A stretch of DNA of 64,000 nucleotides from an uncultured Clostridia bacterium (GTDB lineage Bacteria; Bacillota; Clostridia; Christensenellales; UBA1242), in NCBI GenBank assembly GCA_944341445.1, contig CALVLZ010000006.1, positions 70,738 through 134,737 on the forward strand. Reading direction: 5' to 3'. Position numbers and translations under genes: made by a program. The notes below the pieces were generated by a model. It did no database searches. It saw only the letters and a program-made list of their open reading frames with translations, and was not told where the DNA came from. Below, piece by piece: positions 60,601 to 64,000 of the stretch. Each line of letters starts with the position of its first letter. Within the stretch, counting starts at the first letter, position 1.

Positions 60601-61133
60601 TGGTTGAAAATGGAACTATTTGTTTTGTAAATAATAACAATGGTTTAATTTCTGATTGCGATATAACAATTAGTAGCTTGAATGCTGTTAATGTTTATGG
60701 AATAAGTTGTAACATTGGTTCGGTGGCAAACAACAATATAGTTGAAATAAAAAACAATGAAGTTAACATTACGATTATCAATTCTAACATCGAAAAGGTT
60801 TTTGGAATTGCTAACACTATAAATAAAAACTTAAATAATGTTGTGATGGATAATAATATTGTTAATATCCATTTTGAAAATGATATAACAACAGATGATA
60901 ATTCATTGCAAATTTGTGGTTTATGTTTGTCGATATATTCAACCAATTTGCAATTAACAAACAATATAATTAAAATAACTTCCAATAATGTGTTAAATGA
61001 AAATTATAGAGTTTATCTATTTTGCCGTTCAGTGAATGTAACAAATGAGTTTGAGTGTGATGGAAATGTGGTTTATTCATTTCAAAACTTTAAAATTTCT
61101 AATTCAACGATTGAAGGTGTAATAATAGTATAA
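57627..61133 (+). CDS. Large surface lipoprotein with multiple Big_2 (bacterial Ig-like) repeats and a C-terminal beta-helix-type repeat region
   Basis: Signal peptide with lipobox (LVLGAC). At least 6 Big_2-like units are present (e.g. SSNTDVAIVDEDGVVNIVGVGNCEIYA). The C-terminal region has F-x-G-x-L-x-GNNHTIYNL and N-x-G-x-I repeats. Confidence 0.75.
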   Translation: MVKKNIFLFICLFFSCLVLGACGNKVDANAEKYATSIEISEDNISVCVDETINLDEYVKINPSKATVSYEVFCNNKNAQIDRHKVLFKSVGTYILEIKAKSNINEYIKQNFVVNVIEKPVYIKTISFEKENVVINMPDVITNKVTVLPNNYNMKLNVYYSNSNIVNYDISTGKITPISVGETNIYVSGKGENDTTVVAKCSVKVTNFIYATDFYIENVAENGTITISTNSSTKLNYKLEPLNCNMDIELISNNTNLINIVNGELVTNDLVGETEIIAKVKTAEDKYIERIIKVVVIKPTSNISLLVQYNNESVDYGFIDSNNNYKLIIENAENIDISKLKIESENINILRSEVDDDKLYYYFIFKNAGNTIINVSYDNQLYSDNLVINNEIDIDVYNKIESFNYQLLKNGNESNLESLNNLYLVEDTYKEQAILDNFAIFNVLQLNLDNNIKENNYIIYSTNNEIIRFENNKIIGVSEGTAQIVIKSLDEDAIEEYIDFKVEKIYPQSIECEDEINLYVNATGTLIENYKIDYSYWPNYAYNDIKYGIENTNIATIEDGVVKAKSQGYTYLNLESSNFTKRIKINCIYNITHFIVNDDVTGSEINNIDNFVGDVCKVLYVNAYSNNENLILNKNFEIILDENLERYKDNILVVNNTIQINFNCEMSGKIIIQSKLDSSIKHEINVSVLNKVLISEMFFENENVKINLATDDKIVLNKLNVFPEINNDKIVYESSNTDVAIVDEDGVVNIVGVGNCEIYAKATNITVKFNVEVYNEIKIETLQFEKAEITINLKDSVKDNNKLNIYPINHTEEIKYFSSNTNVALIDEASGELTILAEGETIITAESSSGKTASYSLIVVNYLEIKTYEDFTKLNNGGIYYLVNDINFGEYDISAPFNLNGRLMGNNHTIYNLKSTLFDEISKNASVENLNISCADGFASESNSILCNSNNGTIKGVNFEGSIVSENSNLNIICNDNFGTIENCVVNSNVKFLVENGTICFVNNNNGLISDCDITISSLNAVNVYGISCNIGSVANNNIVEIKNNEVNITIINSNIEKVFGIANTINKNLNNVVMDNNIVNIHFENDITTDDNSLQICGLCLSIYSTNLQLTNNIIKITSNNVLNENYRVYLFCRSVNVTNEFECDGNVVYSFQNFKISNSTIEGVIIV

Positions 61134-61161
61134 AAAAAGCAGTTTGGGAAACTGCTTTTTT
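61134..61161 (+). terminator. Rho-independent terminator
   Basis: Hairpin aaaagcagttt-ggga-aactgctttt. Confidence 0.85.
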
Positions 61162-61190
61162 ATACATAATAATACAATTTATTTAATTGT

Positions 61191-61219
61191 TTGACATAAA
61201 AAAAATCAAATTATATAAT
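61191..61219 (+). promoter_or_regulatory. Sigma-A type promoter
   Basis: TTGACA, 17-nt spacer, TATAAT. Confidence 0.7.
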
Positions 61220-61313
61220 GAGTTAACTTTAGTTATAATTATATAATTATAATAATTTTAATTTTATATAAACTATATGTATATGCATTTTAAACATAAG
61301 AGAGAGTGGAAGA

Positions 61314-64000
61314 ATGAAAAACTTTTTTAAAATTATTGGAATTGCGTTGGCTGCTGTTTTTGGAGCAATTGTTTTGGCAATAGTAATAACAGCAATAAAA
61401 GGTGAATTCGGGGAAAAAGATATTAAAATAGAAACATTAAAATGGGAAACAGAACAAAACAAAGTTGTTGTGGATGATTTTTATGCAAATATTCTTTGCA
61501 CACCTCAAGATGCAACTAATAAAGAAGTGAACATCAAAATAACAAAAGGTAATAATGTTGTGGAAATACCTCAAAAAGTTACTGCAGGTGTTCCGTTTGA
61601 AATTAAGTTAAAAAAAGTTGATGGAAACAATGTGGGTGGTGTAGTTGAAATCTATGCATCAACAGATTTAGCAATAAGTGAAAAATTAACTTTTTATGTT
61701 GATGTTGAAATACCACTAAATGGTTTAGAAATTGTTTCTGATAATATAAATTACGAATCAACCGCTGGTGGTAAATCGTTTACAATTTATGTTCAAACTA
61801 ATCCAAAAAATGCAATACATCCTTTCACAGGTGAAACTATTGAATTATTAAATGCATATAAAAATATTTCTCTAACAAGTTCTAATACTAATGATTTAAT
61901 TGTTTCAAAAATTGGAGAAGGTGAATTATATTACTGCGAAAATCATACTAATCCAGCGTTTAGTTGTAAACCATATTATACAAAAGAAGAATTGGCAGAA
62001 GGCGGATTGTGTCCTTCATGTTTGCAAACAAAACCATATTTAAGAAAGTTTATTAGTTTTAAAGCAACTCCTGTTTCAACAAAAGAAGCTTCTGTAATAT
62101 TAAAAGCTCAAGTTTTAAGAACTTATGCAATGCAACAAGACTTTAAACCTTTTGAAAACATTTTAGAAATTATTGAAAGTGGTTCAACGAGTGTTGATGT
62201 TAACAAACTTTTAGATGATTACAGCAACTTTTTAGAAAAATACAAAGATTACATAATTAGTGATAACAGAAAAGTTTATGACGAAGAAAATGGTTATAAA
62301 TATGAAAGCGGACGAGATTTTATCAATCAAGTGTCTGTTGATGGTAAAATAAAAATTGATAGCGAAACAAAAGTTCGTGGTTCTTTAAATTATGTTTTTG
62401 TTGATACAACAAAAGAAATTTTAATTACTGAAATTGAAATTGAAGATTTGATTTCTAACTATACAGGAATTTATAAATTTTCTTTAAATCCAAATGAAAG
62501 TTTTACTCAAAAAACAGTTTCAGAAATAGTTGAAGAATTTAAACTTGATGTTACAACCGTTGATGGACAAAAAATTGAAGAAGAAGCGTTAAACAATTTG
62601 TTTAAAACAATGGAGATTCAAATTGGCAGATATGATGAAAACAGAGATTTTGTTTTAGATAATAGTATTGTATCTGTTGAAAAAACAAATGTTAGCGGAA
62701 ATGTTTTATTTAATTTTAATGTTAAAAAACCAGCCGTTAATGGCGAACAAATTTTTATGCGTTTTGTTATTAACACAGAAGATAAAACATTCACAACAAA
62801 AGATATTGAATTGCAGGTTGAATATAATGAAATAACAGGTATGAACTTTGTTGTTGGAAATCAAATTTTGCAAGGCAATAACAATACTTTATATACAGGA
62901 ATGAACCTAAACTCTTCAATTGGTTTAGGAAATGAAAGCAGAACAAAAACATTATCTTCAAAGGATTATATTAATTTAGATGCTGAAAATGACAAACCAA
63001 GTTATTCTGCTGTTAAATTTTTCATAACACAAGATTCTGCTGGTGTTGGTGGATATTATAAATTAAAAGTTAATACACAACCAATAACCTTAGTTAATTT
63101 TGCTGATTCTAGTCAAAAAATATCTGCTTACGAACTACCTCAATCTAATTTCACATTCGATGAAAGTATTAATAAATATGTTTCTGAAGTAACATTAGAA
63201 GCACTTAACATTTGTGATGGAACACCTGCAAAAATGTTTGCTGTTGTTTTGCAAACAGATGCAAAAGGTAACCCTGTTAAAGATGATTTAGGAAATTTAG
63301 TTTATGTTTCAAAAACAGATAAAGATGTTGATATTAATATTGCAAATTATGTTGATAAAATGTATTACTACACAGTGCACGAAAACAACGGCGAAAAAGT
63401 TTACACAAACAGAAATGTTGATGGCGGGGAAGCATTAAAATTAATTTCTAAAAATGAATTCACTTTGTTTGCAACAAATGTTGAATTGAATTCAAAAGGT
63501 GAGCCTGTTATTCCAAATTCAAGTGATAATGGCACTTGGGCTGGTAAGGTTGATTACATAAATAACTTAAGATACGCTTTTGAAAAAGCATTTAATCCTG
63601 CAGAATTACAAGAAAACATATATGCAAACTTTAGCATAACAGGAAATGAAGATAAAGAATATGTAACAATAAAACAAGATAGTGGAAATATTAATCAAAC
63701 TGATACATACGGTTATTATGATGATATTAATGTATTCAGTATTAACAATGGAACAGAAACTTCTTATCCTGTTGCACAAATAAAACTTCAAGCGAACTAT
63801 GCTAACGTTGGCTTAGAGACTTTGCAATTTTCATTTAAAAGTGATGCGTATAACAAATATATACCTTCACATATTGCAGAATCAGCAAAAGTACAAAGTT
63901 TAATTGTTATAAAAAATGCAAATTTTGAATTAAATGCAGATGGCACTGTTATGATGCCAACAATTAATATTGGCGATTTAACATATGATACTTATAATCA
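61314..64000 (+). CDS. N-terminal part (at least 895 aa) of a very large membrane-anchored surface protein; the 3' end lies outside the window and the ORF is not in the ORF track
   Basis: I translated this frame by hand from the ATG at 61314 to the end of the window and found no stop. The N-terminal hydrophobic anchor is IIGIALAAVFGAIVLAIVITAI. Confidence 0.75.
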   Translation, partial: MKNFFKIIGIALAAVFGAIVLAIVITAIKGEFGEKDIKIETLKWETEQNKVVVDDFYANILCTPQDATNKEVNIKITKGNNVVEIPQKVTAGVPFEIKLKKVDGNNVGGVVEIYASTDLAISEKLTFYVDVEIPLNGLEIVSDNINYESTAGGKSFTIYVQTNPKNAIHPFTGETIELLNAYKNISLTSSNTNDLIVSKIGEGELYYCENHTNPAFSCKPYYTKEELAEGGLCPSCLQTKPYLRKFISFKATPVSTKEASVILKAQVLRTYAMQQDFKPFENILEIIESGSTSVDVNKLLDDYSNFLEKYKDYIISDNRKVYDEENGYKYESGRDFINQVSVDGKIKIDSETKVRGSLNYVFVDTTKEILITEIEIEDLISNYTGIYKFSLNPNESFTQKTVSEIVEEFKLDVTTVDGQKIEEEALNNLFKTMEIQIGRYDENRDFVLDNSIVSVEKTNVSGNVLFNFNVKKPAVNGEQIFMRFVINTEDKTFTTKDIELQVEYNEITGMNFVVGNQILQGNNNTLYTGMNLNSSIGLGNESRTKTLSSKDYINLDAENDKPSYSAVKFFITQDSAGVGGYYKLKVNTQPITLVNFADSSQKISAYELPQSNFTFDESINKYVSEVTLEALNICDGTPAKMFAVVLQTDAKGNPVKDDLGNLVYVSKTDKDVDINIANYVDKMYYYTVHENNGEKVYTNRNVDGGEALKLISKNEFTLFATNVELNSKGEPVIPNSSDNGTWAGKVDYINNLRYAFEKAFNPAELQENIYANFSITGNEDKEYVTIKQDSGNINQTDTYGYYDDINVFSINNGTETSYPVAQIKLQANYANVGLETLQFSFKSDAYNKYIPSHIAESAKVQSLIVIKNANFELNADGTVMMPTINIGDLTYDTYN

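Noticed and set aside
61247-61462. 71-aa minus-strand ORF.
   Set aside because: It overlaps the promoter-proximal part and signal-anchor coding region of the large plus-strand ORF that starts at 61314. It has no RBS.
1-64000. Mollicutes-type genetic code (TGA read as Trp), as an explanation for the low GC content and the missing TGA stops.
   Set aside because: All conserved proteins translate full-length with the standard code without any in-frame TGA, and Trp positions are encoded by TGG. Nothing in this window requires code 4 or code 25.
1-64000. Mobile elements, prophage, CRISPR-Cas, restriction-modification or other recognisable defence systems, and tRNA or rRNA genes.
   Set aside because: I found no transposase, integrase or recombinase-like ORFs. 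I also found no terminal inverted repeats, no repeat-spacer arrays and no GC-rich cloverleaf-sized islands. The only partial toxin-antitoxin-like hit is the solitary HicB-fold gene, which is reported separately.

Overview
Very AT-rich (by eye roughly 30% G+C) chromosomal segment from a low-GC Bacillota-type bacterium. It is dominated by the core transcription and translation gene neighbourhood. Gene order is: 3' end of a GLUG-repeat surface protein, rpoB-rpoC, two small orphan genes, rpsL-rpsG-fusA-tuf, two convergent orphans, rpmG-secE-nusG-rplK-rplA, a 402-aa orphan, rplJ-rplL, and rplI on the opposite strand. This is followed by an accessory or housekeeping block: a DUF1540-like protein, tandem YugP-type Zn-peptidases, spo0A, veg, a DUF3794/LysM protein, addB-addA, a membrane coiled-coil protein, a YdjI-like SPFH protein and a DUF1858 protein. 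After a ~1-kb ORF-free gap comes the complete S10-spc-alpha cluster (rpsJ through rplQ, including secY, adk, map, infA and rpmJ). The window ends with two very large surface proteins. I saw no tRNA, rRNA, CRISPR, transposase, integrase or recognisable defence genes. Near-consensus sigma-A promoters and rho-independent terminators are easy to read in this sequence and delimit the transcription units. I did not find a convincing novel multi-gene system. The observations most worth a second look are listed here. (1) A 62-nt alternating pyrimidine-purine, palindrome-dense, ~50% GC tract lies inside the 1-kb gap upstream of the S10 operon. (2) The ~225-nt S10 leader appears structured. (3) Twin GUGG-GA-hairpin-N7-CCAC elements lie in front of both rplK and rplA and may be L1 autoregulatory sites. 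(4) Long Lys/Thr/Ala-rich low-complexity extensions are fused to L30, L24 and SecE. (5) Lineage-specific orphan genes are wedged between otherwise conserved ribosomal operons. (6) TGA is absent from all 68 stop codons I read. All calls rest on reading the translated ORFs and the sequence by eye. No database search or folding program was run.
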